Shown: positions 1 through 12,801, counted from the first letter of the stretch. The stretch is DNA of 64,000 nt from Rhizodiscina lignyota (GCA_010015805.1 ML978139.1:124001-188000); one strand, 5' to 3'. Translations and numbers: made by a program. The notes: a model not told the origin generated them from the letters alone.

Positions 1-1750
1 ATCATAGCCTACCACCTCCAACCTACATCTCGACTCTCGTACAAGACTGTGCTAAGTTGTATGAGAGACTCTAAGGCGATTGTGGTTGACGTAATCGACG
101 GAATCAGTGATGAGCAGATACAAGACCGACATGCTCCGGGAAGCTTTCGCATGTCGCGAGATTACCACCACTCTCGACGTATATTGCATACAGATGGCTT
201 TCAACGATATCGGAAAGATGGTTGCCAATACACGTCGAACTTGTTCCAGGGACAAATTAGTCTCGCATTCTAGCGCACGCAGCACCTCGGTTCGATGCTG
301 TGCAAAGAGCGATGATGAGTCGTGTAGCAGCTGAGTGCTGGCACCCAAGAAGTGAAATCGCTTTGGTTTCGCCTTTGCCTTAAGCCTCAGTCATCGTGAT
401 TGCGGCCGCTACGAGTCTCAGGTCTTTCAGCCTAAAGGATAGAACCCCTGAAACAATGAGACTCTCGGCAATCAGAGCTGTCTCAACCCGCCGGCAAATA
501 AATGGAATATAAGAGAGAACATTGAGTGCGAAGCAGGAAGTCTCATGATACAGCGTTACTCGATTGGAAGTTTGACGAAATTCGTGGATACGTCTGTGGC
601 AACAACCCCGGGTCCATGTTGGTCATAATCGTGTGGAAAAGCTGGACTCTCTCCAAGCCTTGTGGCAAGTATTCCCTCAATCGCTAGGTTTTCATCGCTT
701 TCGTCGACTTTGTCAAGCTTTCTCGTTTCGAAGCTTCGGAAAATGAAGGGCCAGGGTCGGATCTGTTGGATTCTCCAAAGTACATCTAAATTGCGAGCGA
801 TGTCGGATTACCGAGGGTCGAGATGATCAAAGCAGGGAAGTCTCCGCGTACAGATCGATGCCATTCATGCAGGTTTTCCAATGTAACTCCTGTGGGAATA
901 AAAAACGCCACAAATTCCCAGTTGGGTTGATCGTGATAACGCTTCCAGCAGTCTCATTCCAGTGGAGTTCGATTGGATCCATGGGAGGTACTGGACGCAA
1001 CAATATCAATGTCATAAGCACTGCAGGAGTTGGTCCCGTGGCCATTGTGATATTGGCAGCATACCGAGTTGATTTAGTTTCGTCGTTGGGGATAGTCTTT
1101 CGCCAAGGATTAACCTGAGACTGAATTGAGATGCAGTGTCTCTCCATAGCGCTTCTTCCTCCAGAATTGCATCTTGAGAGGACCCTTCGATGGCTGGACC
1201 TCGAATGTTCTTCCAGTAATCCTGAGCTCTCTATCGGAGTATTCTTTCTGAAAATTACCGCGCCTTTGGAGAACAGTCCGTTGGACTTGGATGGTGGAGC
1301 AAGGGGCCAATGAAAGACATGTCTACTGCGGAAATGAAGCAGCCTGCGAGAACATCTGTAAAAGCCATGAACGGTCATGAAACCCAAGCATACTCGATCC
1401 GCGCTCTTGTTGTTCGGTTGGGGTAGAGACGAACAGACGCAAAGGACAAGGAGCTTTGGTGTGAGGATTCTCGCCAAGACATCTCAGGGCGCCTCCATGC
1501 CTTGATGCCACCACAAACGATCAAAAGGGAAGGCCTGTGCGGAAATCCACAAATCTGTCTTCAACTTCAAGAGAGGCTCGCCTTCTGCGAACCTCCAATG
1601 TGTCCTGTCGTTTTAGTTGTCCGAGGCAATGCTCATATGTTTATGCGAAATTCAAGATGGCTCATGATATATAGAATGGTGAGTGGTAGGATCATATTCC
1701 TAGCCTCTCGACGCCGAGACTCCCGAACGGATTATCTATGCAGCGCATAA
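1..1750 (-). pseudogene. dcl2: Degenerate Dicer-like 2 (DCL2-type) relic: helicase end, dimerisation domain, linker and RNase IIIa; runs off the window edge
   Basis: Manual minus-strand translation across frameshifts and stops gives collinear DCL2-like blocks: SRRREAR (~1715, cf. QRRGRAR), RILTPK..CSSLPQ (~1470), VNPW and MTLILLRPVPPMDPIELHWNE (~1110-950), PFIFRSF..ILATRL (~750-655), LPASHSMFSL/IPFICRRVETALIAESL..LKDLRLVAAAIT (540-395), and RFHFLGAS..SLFAQH (360-295, cf. RLEFLGDS..LFAQH). Confidence 0.8.
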
Positions 1751-1826
1751 CTACAATGCCAGAGAATCGTGCAACCAGATATGGTATGAAACGCCAGACG
1801 CGCTAGGCCGCATGCTGAAGAGAATG

Positions 1827-2893
1827 TTACAGGTTCGTCAGGTAGTCCTCCACTTCCTGCGGACTAAGTTTTCGGAATCTTGGCCCTACCGCACCTTCTA
1901 CGCCCTCATAGCCTAGAAGACGATCTTCTGGTGGCCCAACGATGCCTGTTACCCACGTTAGCAATGCATGTAGAACCAGATATGAGTTGAACATACCTAT
2001 CTCAACCGTCTCCCCGTTCATCTCTCCTTCTATCGTTTCCTTGAGAGTGAGCAGTGCGATGTGAATGGCATCTTCGAGTTCCAGGCCTTCCGTGTAGCGC
2101 TTCTCCAGGAATGTCTTCGCGCTAGTTGCACTCTTCCCGATCGCCGTGGCTTTCCATGGGAAATAGCTTCCACTTGGATCTACCTGGTACAGACTGGGGC
2201 CGCCTTTCAGAATCCCGCCTGTCTTTCCTGACGCTAGTTTCTTCTCAGCTTCTGGCTCATCGACGTCCTTTGCCTCAGCCTCAGGCTCGATGCCATCGTC
2301 CCATCCCGCAATCAGCAGACTAACGCCATATGGCCGAACGCCGCCGGACTGTGTAGCTTCTTGCATGACCCTCGCAACGTCCTGCACTAATATCCTCGTT
2401 GGCGGGTACTCATTGTAGATGCGCTTATAGCCCGTGTGAGAAACTTTCCGTGCCTTGTCGACCAGTATCCGGTAGTCTGGGCCCATGCCTGAATAGACCA
2501 TGCCGATGTTTGGTGTGATGAGGCTGACTTTTGACGAGGATTGCGAATCGATGAGAGGGGAAGACGATTTCTTTTCCGTAGCAAGGACGATGCCATTTGT
2601 CGCTGCAGAAACTGTTAGCCTACAAGGAGATATTCAGCTTAAACGTCAATCATCTTACCCTTTATGCCTAACGACGTGACGCCTTGATTGACTGCGTTCA
2701 GAGCATACTCTGTAGCTAGTGTAAGTTTTCATAACATGTCCAACAAGGCCAGAAGTTCAGGTAAATCTCATACCTATCTGAACCAGCTTTCCACTGCGAC
2801 ATGGTGAGTATGAAGGTCTCATAGAAGGTGATTAAACGAATCAACATACCTGGGAGAGAAAGTCGTGAGGGAGAACGAGTATCTATCTGCCAT
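1827..2893 (-). CDS. PRE8: 20S proteasome subunit alpha-2
   Basis: Spliced N-terminus [28 protein letters not shown], then [17 protein letters not shown] and [11 protein letters not shown]. Four introns, with a 20-nt exon at 2774-2793. Confidence 0.97.
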
Positions 2894-3007
2894 ATTGAGG
2901 GATCACGCAGGAGGTGAGTGATTTTCGGGCGAACTAAAGGTGACGCTGTCCGTGAGAGAAGGGTAGAAGTTTGAGGTTGAGAGTTGCAAGAGCTTGAAGC
3001 GCAGAGA

Positions 3008-3027
3008 AGCTCCATGTTCAGAGCTCC
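3008..3027 (-). promoter_or_regulatory. Two GGAGCT elements upstream of PRE8 (candidate proteasome-regulon sites)
   Basis: AGCTCC on + at 3008-3013 and 3022-3027, 115-135 bp upstream of the PRE8 ATG. I recall GGAGCT as a motif enriched upstream of proteasome genes in filamentous ascomycetes. Confidence 0.45.
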
Positions 3028-3382
3028 AGGCACAGCTCTTGACGCGGCGGGAGCCGCACATTTTGGTCTTGGCGCGATGCATCACGTGATCCGCCTGGAA
3101 CATCGTCGAATTATTTCGCTCATTGTCTTCCCGACTTAAAGAACACCTTTCACATTCGACATTTTCAACAGTGCACACTGCGAGTCTCACAGTTTTTCTA
3201 ATGCGGCCTACTGTATAACACAAGCCGTTAAGCGATGTAAAACGACTTCACGATCTTCAAAGGCGGAACTTCGCCCGACATGAGCTTTAAATCAGAAGGG
3301 TGATTTCTCGTCCTCTATCAAGACTTTGCTATTCGTCACACTTTTCTTATTTAAGGTCTTTTTTTGACTGAATTCGCAAACT

Positions 3383-4422
3383 ATGGATACTCATCAGCGC
3401 AAATCTGCACCTGGGGGATGGGACTGGCCAGATGACATTGGAGAATCTGGCCGACCAGGCCACACATCTTCAGCAGAGCAGAACGGAACTACACAGCCGC
3501 CGGAGCCTACAGGTACCACTAACGACTCAAATCAAAGACGGAAAACGCGTACACATTGGCCTCCACGAACCTGCCGAATATGCTTGGAAACGGTTCAGCC
3601 GACCTTCCACCCTCCTTCTGAGACCTTACCAAGCATGTTTCAAGGCGGTCCTAATGTCACCTACGAATCTGAAGAAGGTCGACTCATCCGCCCTTGCAAA
3701 TGCAAAGGCTCTCAGAGATATGTGCATGACGGCTGTCTCCAGGCCTGGCGGCATGCAGATCCCTCTTACGGTCGCAGAAATTACTGGCAATGTCCAACAT
3801 GCGGTTTTCGTTACAGGCTGGACAGAATGTCCTGGGGTAGAGTCATTAGCAGTACTGGTATGTTGTGGTATTTCCTCATTCATAGGTTTGGGCTGACAGA
3901 AGCTATTTCCAGCGGCCCAAATCATCTTAACCGTGACTGTGCTTGTGTTCGTAATGTTCATTCTAGGGTTCGTGGGAGACTATATCTTGGACCTTTATCT
4001 CGACCCGTGGAATACCATATCTCCTTTCGGCGAGCGTCCTGACTATTCTCTTTACGATAATGATGAACCCTCAACGTGGATCGAACATTTCCTCAAGGGC
4101 TTGGCTTCTCTTGGCCTTCTTAGCTTCTTCAAGCTTTTCTTCTCTCCAACTCGATTTTTCTTCCGTTGGGGAGGGAATTACGGTCGGCAAGGGCGGACCG
4201 GGAGAGATCGATTGGCTGACATCAGCTGGATCATGGTGGTTATCGGCGTGGTTACATTTCTCTGGGTGAGTGTTAATTTGATTTTTATATATGTAAATGT
4301 GAGCTGACCGACTTTAGTCTGTATGGAAAGGGACAAGAGCGCTGAGCAGGCGATATCTGAACAAAGTCGCAGAAAGAGTTCTGGACGTTCAAGGTGACGA
4401 TGATGACGACGATGACGATTAA
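3383..4422 (+). CDS. RING-CH (MARCH-type, C4HC3) membrane E3 ubiquitin ligase
   Basis: CRICLE..PCKCKGSQRYVHDGCLQAW..CPTC, followed after an intron by hydrophobic transmembrane segments. Acidic tail VLDVQGDDDDDDD* ends at 4422. Confidence 0.9.
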
Positions 4423-4955
4423 GCGGAAGCCATGTCGCCAATACCAATCTATTAATTTGATGATCAAGTCCTCCTGCTCTGCTCAAACATCTCGATTGCT
4501 TCAGAATTGCCTGCACTACTTTGAGTTGTCACAGTCTTCTTCAGTGGCGTGCCAATCAGTCAATGTGCAGAGATCAATGGCTCTGTTGACTCTGAAAGAG
4601 CGGCGTATTGCCTAACTCTTCGGCAGTTACAGATGCATATGCTTACGAGGGATAACGTAGCCATTGGCAGGTCCACCATTGGAGACTGACCTCACCTGGG
4701 CAACATAACAATTCCAGCCTTATGAAACTATCTGTAACACAACAATGTCGGTCAATAGTTTCAAAGTCATTGCGAATCCAAATCAAGTCCAGAGATATAA
4801 AAATAAATTCGCCTGGTATCAAAACATATATGAACCTCAGTAGCTTCTAGCGCCCCTCCAACGCCATGCAAATGCAATGTAATGCAAATACTATAAAACA
4901 GCAGACCCGACCAAGGTATATACAGGTCTATGTCCAATGTGTAGTGGCAAGAGCC

Positions 4956-6024
4956 TCATTCCAAGCCTTTCGTCCTGCGGTAAATCTTCTTATGTTGCTC
5001 CAAGAACAGAAAAGTAGCAATGGTATGAGGTCCCAATCGAATGAAGCTCGGCACCCAACCCCTGAACATCCACGTCCAGCCTTCGTTCTTGGTGACTTCT
5101 GTCAGTAGAACAAGGATGTTCTTACTCTCCTTTGCGCTCATCACGCGCGTCTTAATGACATCGACGGGTGAGCAGATTGTTGTCGCGACAAAGCCAGCCA
5201 TGAAAGAGGCGCTGAAGTGAGTTGTGAGATTATCTTTCAGCGTTGTATGTTCAAGCAGGAGCCGTTTGAAGATGTCGTAAGAAGCCAATTGACTCGCCGT
5301 CATTAAGACTGCTCTTATGCTGTTTGGCCACACACCTTTCCACAGGCTTGCCATGCCCTCATCTCGAGCCATCCGCACCAGTCCCTCTACCGCATTCTTA
5401 TAATTCCGCCGTTCCGCGGGGGGTAGAGCGGCGTCGTGCTGCATGCGGACGTTCAGGACATCAGCTGGGTTACCGGCGAGACCGCCCAGGAAACCAGATG
5501 TCGAAGCCATGGCGACGAGGGTTGCAAAGGAAGGCTTTGATCGCGCTGAGGTGAAAACCTCTTTGAGCTCTTCGTAGACTCCGAATCTGGTGGTGCTGTA
5601 GGTCAATTGGCGAAGGAGAGAGGCGGAAAGCTGTAAGCAACATCAAGTCAGCATGGCAAATGATGGCCGAGTTAATGAGAACCTACTCCTCTATATAGAC
5701 CGCGAATTCCATCATTCTGGAAGACGTGCACGAACATCTGCAACATGTTCCGTCGGGGTCCGCCATGGTGCTGGGTTTGAAGTCGGACCTGATAGCATTA
5801 GGCAAAATCGAAGTGGAGTGCTGAGGAAGGATACCTTGACTACAGCGTGTCAGTGGAAGGTCATGCTCTTCAATTGGCGTCAACTCACCTAGATCCAAAG
5901 GATGCGTTACGCAAGCTGCAAAGCAAGAAGCAGAGCCCCCGAACCAGAAGGGATAATGTATGCGCTTCTTTTCTATGCTCTTGTCTTTTGCAACCGCCTT
6001 GACTGGTGCAACTGAAGCCGACAT
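4956..6024 (-). CDS. DIC1: Mitochondrial dicarboxylate carrier (SLC25 family)
   Basis: HYPFWFGGSASCFAACVTHPLDL-VK-VRLQ, GNPADVLNVRMQHD, CSPVDVIKTRVM, GWVPSFIRLGPHT. The spliced model includes a 5-nt exon at 5835-5839. Confidence 0.95.
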
Positions 6025-6276
6025 TGCTCTCCACTCATTGTTACAGCCGCTGAAGGCAGAGAGTAGATAGAAAGGAATACTTATACAGGAGATATAACGA
6101 GCGACTGGACTCAAACGGTTCCTGAAATTGTGGTGGGTCGCTCCGTCATCGCACGGCTTCACAGTCGGGAATACTTCGGTGCGCTGACTCGACAGAGCTT
6201 CGAAGCTCCTGAAAGCTTCTCATCTCACACATAACACGCCGATACCGCAGTTGTGAGCTCTCGAGCAGCTGCAATC

Positions 6277-8035
6277 ATGCCTTCAGCTATTGCGTTGTCG
6301 AATGCATCGAGAATAACACGGAGGCTACGAAACTGCGACGCTTGCCGTCGTTGGATGGTGTATCGGTGCTTTTCACAATTCATAGGTAAGTCGCTATTGT
6401 TTCGTTTATTGCCTTGCCCAATCAGGAATTCCACATATCAAATTCCATCCTTTTTGAAACACATCCAGAATACAAAGCGGATATCCAATCTAGAGTTTTA
6501 TGCACCATAAGCTTTGCATACCAGTCTCTCCAATGTCTCCTCTTTCTCCCGCGAGGCGTGTCCCAAACTTGTAAATCGGCCTTGCAGTCTACGGCTGTGC
6601 AAATTCTTTCTTCTTGAACCAATCTTATCGAATTGGGAACTATCGTTTCAGATCAATCTAACATCATAAACAAGGTCTTCGAGACATTGAAATCGATGGG
6701 AAGAAGTATGCCACCGACGAGTGGACAAATACCCCCAGCTCCATCGTCTCTTCGGTGCCAAGACGACTACACCTTCAGAAGGATCATCCCATCTCAATAA
6801 CGAGGCAGCTCATCGAATCCCGGTTCCCAGGTTACAGGACACACAACACTCTGTTTCCCGTGGTCACTGTTAATCAGAACTTCGACTCGCTGGGATTCCC
6901 GCCGGACCATCCAGGCAGGAACAAAACCGACACTTACTATGTCAACAAGGACACCGTTCTACGGACACATACATCTGCACATCAAGCAGATGTCTTTCGT
7001 GGCAATACAAGTGATGGTTTCCTCATAAGCGCGGACGTGTACCGACGGGACGCTATAGACCGGAGTCACTACCCCGTATTCCATCAGATGGAAGGTGCAC
7101 GCACTTGGGACCGGTCTATTATCCAAGACTCAAAAGAATTGGTTCGAAAGATATGGGATGATGTAGCTCAACTTCCTCAACACGAGCTTAATGTGTCCGA
7201 TCCCAATCCCCCAATCCACCCGGAAAGAAATCCACTTCAATCAAAGCATCATATGGCAGAGGAGGCCGAGGCCATAGCTGCCCATCTCAAGCGTTCACTA
7301 GAGAACGTTGTGGTTGAGATCTTTGCGCAAGCGCAAAAGGCTCAGCAAGCAGCGGGGCAAGAAATATCAGAAGAGCCGTTGCAAGTGAGATGGGTGGAGG
7401 CATATTTTCCATTCACATCACCTTCGTGGGAACTTGAGGTTTTCTGGCAAGGCGACTGGCTTGAAGTACTCGGCTGCGGAGTCGTGAAGCAGGATCTCTT
7501 GATCAACGCAGGAGTCCCCTCACGCGTAGGCTGGGCCTTTGGCATGGGGCTAGAGCGCATCGCGATGCTTCTCTTCTCCGTTCCCGACATTCGTCTCTTC
7601 TGGTCACAGGACCCGCGGTTCTCCTCTCAGTTCACATCTCCATTTCCCCACGACCCATCCTCCACAATTGCAGCGGCAGCGCCTTCATCGTTCTCTATCA
7701 AGCCTTTCACCCCTTTCTCAAAATACCCAGCGGCACCAAGGGACGTTGCTTTCTGGTTGCCGAGCACTTCAAGTTCTGCCGGTGGCCGCCTGCCCACCGC
7801 GAGTAGCGTCCATGAGAACGATGTCATGGAGCTAGTCCGTGAGGTGGCGGGTAGCGACGTTGAGGATGTGCGGCTAGTAGATGAATTCACTCATCCGAAA
7901 ACGGGAAGAAAGAGCTTGTGCTATAGGGTGGTCTATCGCAGTCTAGAGCGAACCCTAACAAATGAGGAAGCCAATGGTCTACATGATAGTATTCGGAAAG
8001 CATTGGTCGAGAAGCTCGGGGTGGAGTTGAGGTGA
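6277..8035 (+). CDS. MSF1: Mitochondrial phenylalanyl-tRNA synthetase
   Basis: Arg-rich presequence exon 6277-6385, intron 6386-6674, then VLRTHTSAHQ, YRRDAIDRSHYPVFHQMEG, YFPFTSPSWELE, GWAFGMGLERIAM and a C-terminal FDX-ACB domain. Confidence 0.96.
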
Positions 8036-11000
8036 TCGCACGGGTTGGCGGAAGGAGGAATGTGGGTGCCGCTTGTGGGGATGATGTGAGACGATTGGGA
8101 GGGCGAGGGAGAGCGTGACGAAAGAGTGCCTGGGCCGGAGGAATGACGACTTCGGAAAAATGTTGATACTTTCGAGCGCATGGGAACCAGTTCCGACGAC
8201 AATGCCCATTTCGAGGACGCGAGAACATGAATGCATCAGACCCAGATCCAGCGATCATCATCCTTCATGGATCATTAGGTTCCTGTAGGTGCACAATAGT
8301 GTATCGCCTCGATTGGGACAGTTACGCCAATACATTCCTCAAGGAGAATTGATGAATTAAATCCTTCAGCGAATCCTTACCATTAGGCTGTAGGGAATTA
8401 AAAAGAGGGAACAATTGACTTTTGGTGTCGGCGAGCTCGGAAAAGCCCTCCTGAAAAGCCCCCTCACCAGCCAGTGTGGACGCCAGAGGTTGGTTGCAAG
8501 TGCGATCGCATGTGCACATGCATTATGGCGCTTGTCGCATAGATCGCGGCATGTAGATGCAGGAGTCAGGAGGCTGGTCCCTGCTCAATTGTGTGTACAA
8601 TATTTGCTTTTCTGTTGCGTCTGTTCCGATCCTGAAAGAGGATTCCGCGGGAAGCTCTCTACTCCTTTCATTGGAGCGCAATTGTTGTACGATATGAAGA
8701 ACGAAAGCACGGAAGAACCCACGCTTTTCACGGAATCCTCAAGTCTCCGAAGTCAAATGCACCTCAACGACTAAATCCTCCCTGCTTAGGATAAACAAAT
8801 TGTGAACTTTATTGCGAGTCAAGGGACGGAGAGGAGAGGCTGATCCACCGTTGCGGAGGAGCCACCAGATGGCTTCAGCTCTCTCTCCGCAACGATATTT
8901 TTGGGAAATTCTCCGCAGCCCCGGCTAGCGACCTACATGACCCCCTTCGCGACATGCGCGCGATTGCTGATCTTTCGCAAGCTGTGTTGCGCTTTGGACT
9001 GTACGTGTATGCGGTGGTTCGCCTACATACTTCTAGCCCACCTGTCATGCCATTCTTGGCTTAAAGCGTTTCGAAACACTCTGCTTCCAGCCTTTATCCG
9101 CTGCCGACGCCTCTGCCGATGCCGCTGCACAGCTCATTCGCCTAATGTTTCAAATGCTAAGACGAATATGGCGTTCAGCTAGCAAGCTCGTCTGCATTCT
9201 GCAAGCCATCCAGCCCCCGCGCTGCAAGTTGTGCAGCAGAGGAGAAGAGGCTTCACTGGTTGCAGTGGTAGAGTCATTACTGACGGTTTCTCTCTCCGAG
9301 GATGTCACCGAGTGGCAAAATAGCTGCCGTTCGACTGAATGGTTCCGAATCGGCAGTTGTCTCTTTCTCATTTACAGCGAAAGAGAATGCATTCTGCTCC
9401 CCATACATACGTTGGACAGCTGGAGAGATTCCATGGGATGATTAAAGCTGGACGATTTTCATGGCTGAACGTCACAAAGTCGAGCGGAAGCCACCAGAGA
9501 TGACGCCAGTCAGCTTGCCGGATCTTCAGAGCAGGGCTTCGATTCACAGACCACAGATAATGGAAACTCCAAATCAAGAGCCTAGGCTTGACGCCGCAAG
9601 AGCCCTGCTTCTCACATTGTGACGAAGAGCACAGGCTCTGATGCGTCTTTACCTTGTAGACATGGCATCGAACGAATTCCGATAGTCACTATTCCATCAC
9701 TTCTTGCCAAAAGATATGTTCCTGTGGCGAGGTGACGCACATGGGATGATGGCAGAACGTGTGAATAGGCTTTCGAGGCATGCAGACAAGCTAAACGGAA
9801 GGTGATTTGCATCTATCCTTACTCTTGGGCAGCCATTCACTTCCCGGATTTGAATATGAGCTAGTGATGGGTGTGCGGAATATAGTGGGAAAGGTGCATT
9901 AGAGTGATGTGATGCTTGCGGCTAACGTAGCTCGAAGGCGGCCAAAGTAGTAACAACTCCTAGTTTGCATTATTAATAATAGTTATCGATTGCGAAACTG
10001 CGGCCTCATGAGGCGGGAGAGGGCGGAAAGCGCTTGATATCAAGCGAGGGGCGATGGCGTCCTCTGGAGCGCACGTCGGTGACGGGCGGTCCTTTCAAGA
10101 CGAGCGCTTTTGTTAGCGAGTACGATACCGCTAACTTGTCATAGCGCCGTTGCCGTTCGAACAAAAAGACAAACCGAACACGGCGTAAGCTCGAGCTGTC
10201 AAAATGACGGCTGGAGATTTTCATGTGGGCCGAAGTCCGGAAAGCACAGGACGGAAGGGGTATTCGCTTGCAGCAGTCTGACAAGCCTCAGACGGCATTG
10301 TTTCAAGCGGAAGTCGCCCGAAAGCACGCACGGTACGCCGTGGAGCAGGCCTGGCTCTACCGTAACTCGGCCTGCTGTATCAAGTTGCGAGTTGCCATTC
10401 TTTGCCAAATGTTGGTTGATCAAGCTTGGAGCTCCAGCGAACTCGGAACATACATTGATTGAGACGTTGGAAAGTGCGGGCCGCAATGCGATGCGGGGGG
10501 AACAGTTCAACGGGTACGGATTTGCAAGCTTGCGGCCCGGAGTCCGAGCGCTACCACTGAATCCCTCAGCCAGAACCCAAGAGGGACGGATGCGGAGGTC
10601 GCTGCTCCTTTAAGGACATCTTCGTCCATCCTCTCCGCTTTTGTGCAGACCTGCTTCGGCTGTGATTGCTCTTGAATATGGAATCCTTGAGGAGTCTCGA
10701 ACCGCAGTAGTGAATGCGCCGGCTTTGACCGACGTTAACCAAGTGATCCAGGACCATAGGAGCCATCAGTTATGATCAACGGGAAGGACTATGAAAATCA
10801 TAATAGAAAATCGTTCCATATAAACGGGGTATATGGTTGGGAATAATAAGCTGGAGGCTTCCCTGTGCCTTGGAAAGCTTCATCACAACCAAGCTCCATC
10901 GTATAGAGTTGGTCGGTGTTCCTACCATCACAATAATGACTCGCCCGACGTTGAGACGGCAGGGCCGATCGTATGAGGGAAATGAGAATGAGCCAGACTA

Positions 11001-12801
11001 ATTATACTTTGCAGAGCAGAGAAGTTCATAACACTGCGTTGAAAGGCGTAGCAATTGGCGAATTTGATATCCTCTCGAACACGATTATCGGGCGGCGGAA
11101 CTCGGAACGCACTTCGTGATCAAACAGGTCCCTTTTGCCGGGTGTCACAAGAGTGATGAAGGAGCCGGATATAATTGATCGTGGGGCAAGAAATTTTGTG
11201 CTTTTGGCTTCAAAATTCAGGCTAACAAAGTGCCATGGTGGGGACCGAGGGTCTGAAGCAAAGCGAGACTCTGAGGCGCGGCCCAGCAGCCAATCCATGA
11301 CAAAAGATCCCTGCAACCATGTGGTTTTTAGTCTCGAAACACTCTGCTAAAGGGACTGCAAGCCTCTTCTGCCCAAGTATCTCTCGATATGATGGTGCTA
11401 GCTGAGGACTTCTCGTCTGAAATTCGGCGTCGGCCGCGGGAACATAATTCAGGTGGCAAAAGTTCTTTTTTTGAAGCTTTGAACATGATGCGAAAGTGCA
11501 GAGCGACCGCAGGCAACGCCTCTCGACCGATGAAACGGCCTACGCCGGGTCAGATGGAGTTGAGAGAAGCTCCTATAACAGTGGCGTCTTATTGCAGCAC
11601 TGGCGTCGTTGATCTGTCTAGGGCCCGTCGCATATTTCCTCGAGCGTATCAGCGTTCGCCAAGATCAAGCTGCACGACCATCGTATACGGAGAAATACCC
11701 CTGATCGGATGCTTGCTCCGCCTTTGCTTGGATAGTCTGACTGCCTTGTTTGAGCTGAGAAAAAGTCGGCTCTGTCATCGCTCAGAGATATGTGCGCCTC
11801 TCTTGCGACGCCCTCTCAATCGAGTCAGTGCGTGTTTCCATAAAAGCTCCGACTGCGGCTAAGCAGAGATACCCGCGCTAGCATGGCGATGGCTGTGATT
11901 GCTTGTTTCTTGTTTCCTCATTGCGAGATATGTTGCCCATCTCTAGAAAACATACAGAACGACAAGCCGTCGATCAAATCACCTCTTTGGTCGGCGACAT
12001 GAAAAAAAGCCGCTGAGTCTCTGGGATATGTAGGCATTGTATAGAGTAGTCACAGGCTCGGGCCGTAAATGCGGATGAGATAGCGTTATTAGTGGACAAT
12101 CCAGTGAATGCTATTAATCCTACACAATTAAGAGCGCGTTGGAGGAGGAGCGAGCATTCAACAGGGCAGGAAGACTTAGCTTTGCAACGTTGTCCGACAA
12201 CCATTAGTTGCGCGTAGTATAGCCCAGGGTTTGCTGCACGAGCGACTCACTCTAGAACTGCATACCCCACCGACGGAACAGGGGTGCTGTCTGAATCACC
12301 GTCAGGACCGCTGTGTTAAGCGAGTGAGAGTCCCTCAAATACCTCGCCCGCGTTTCTGCGTTATTGGTACCTTTCCTCTGCAGGGAGCTACTGCCTCGCC
12401 TTTGTATCAATGATGTGTCTGCAGCGAGCCACACTTTAAAAGCATTTCACGCCCACGAAACAGCCTGTTCGAGCCCTGCAGGGCAAGGTCTGATACACCC
12501 GACCATCCAGTCTCAGCATGTCGTCAGGACTGGCATCTATAACAGCACACTACTATTAAGACTTGCGACCCTGATCCCGACCATGACACACATTGCCAAT
12601 TGCATGCGCCGAGGGGTCGACAGGCTTGTAAACGTTTACTTAATAAAAGACTTTACGTCTACCTCAGACATGGTCAGCCTCACAACCACATCTTTCTTTT
12701 GACATTTGGAGAAGTCCTCCACTGACCTCTGGCAGCCAGTCCCAATTGACTTCTACCGCCTTGGAGACGATTGGGCAGGAGAAGGTCTAACAGACAAAAC
12801 C

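Noticed and set aside
8200..12600. Telomerase RNA, RNase P RNA or TPP riboswitch in the large gap
   Set aside because: I saw no TAACCCTAA-type template and no TPP aptamer core. GGGAAATTC at ~8903 has no matching P4 partner that I could find.
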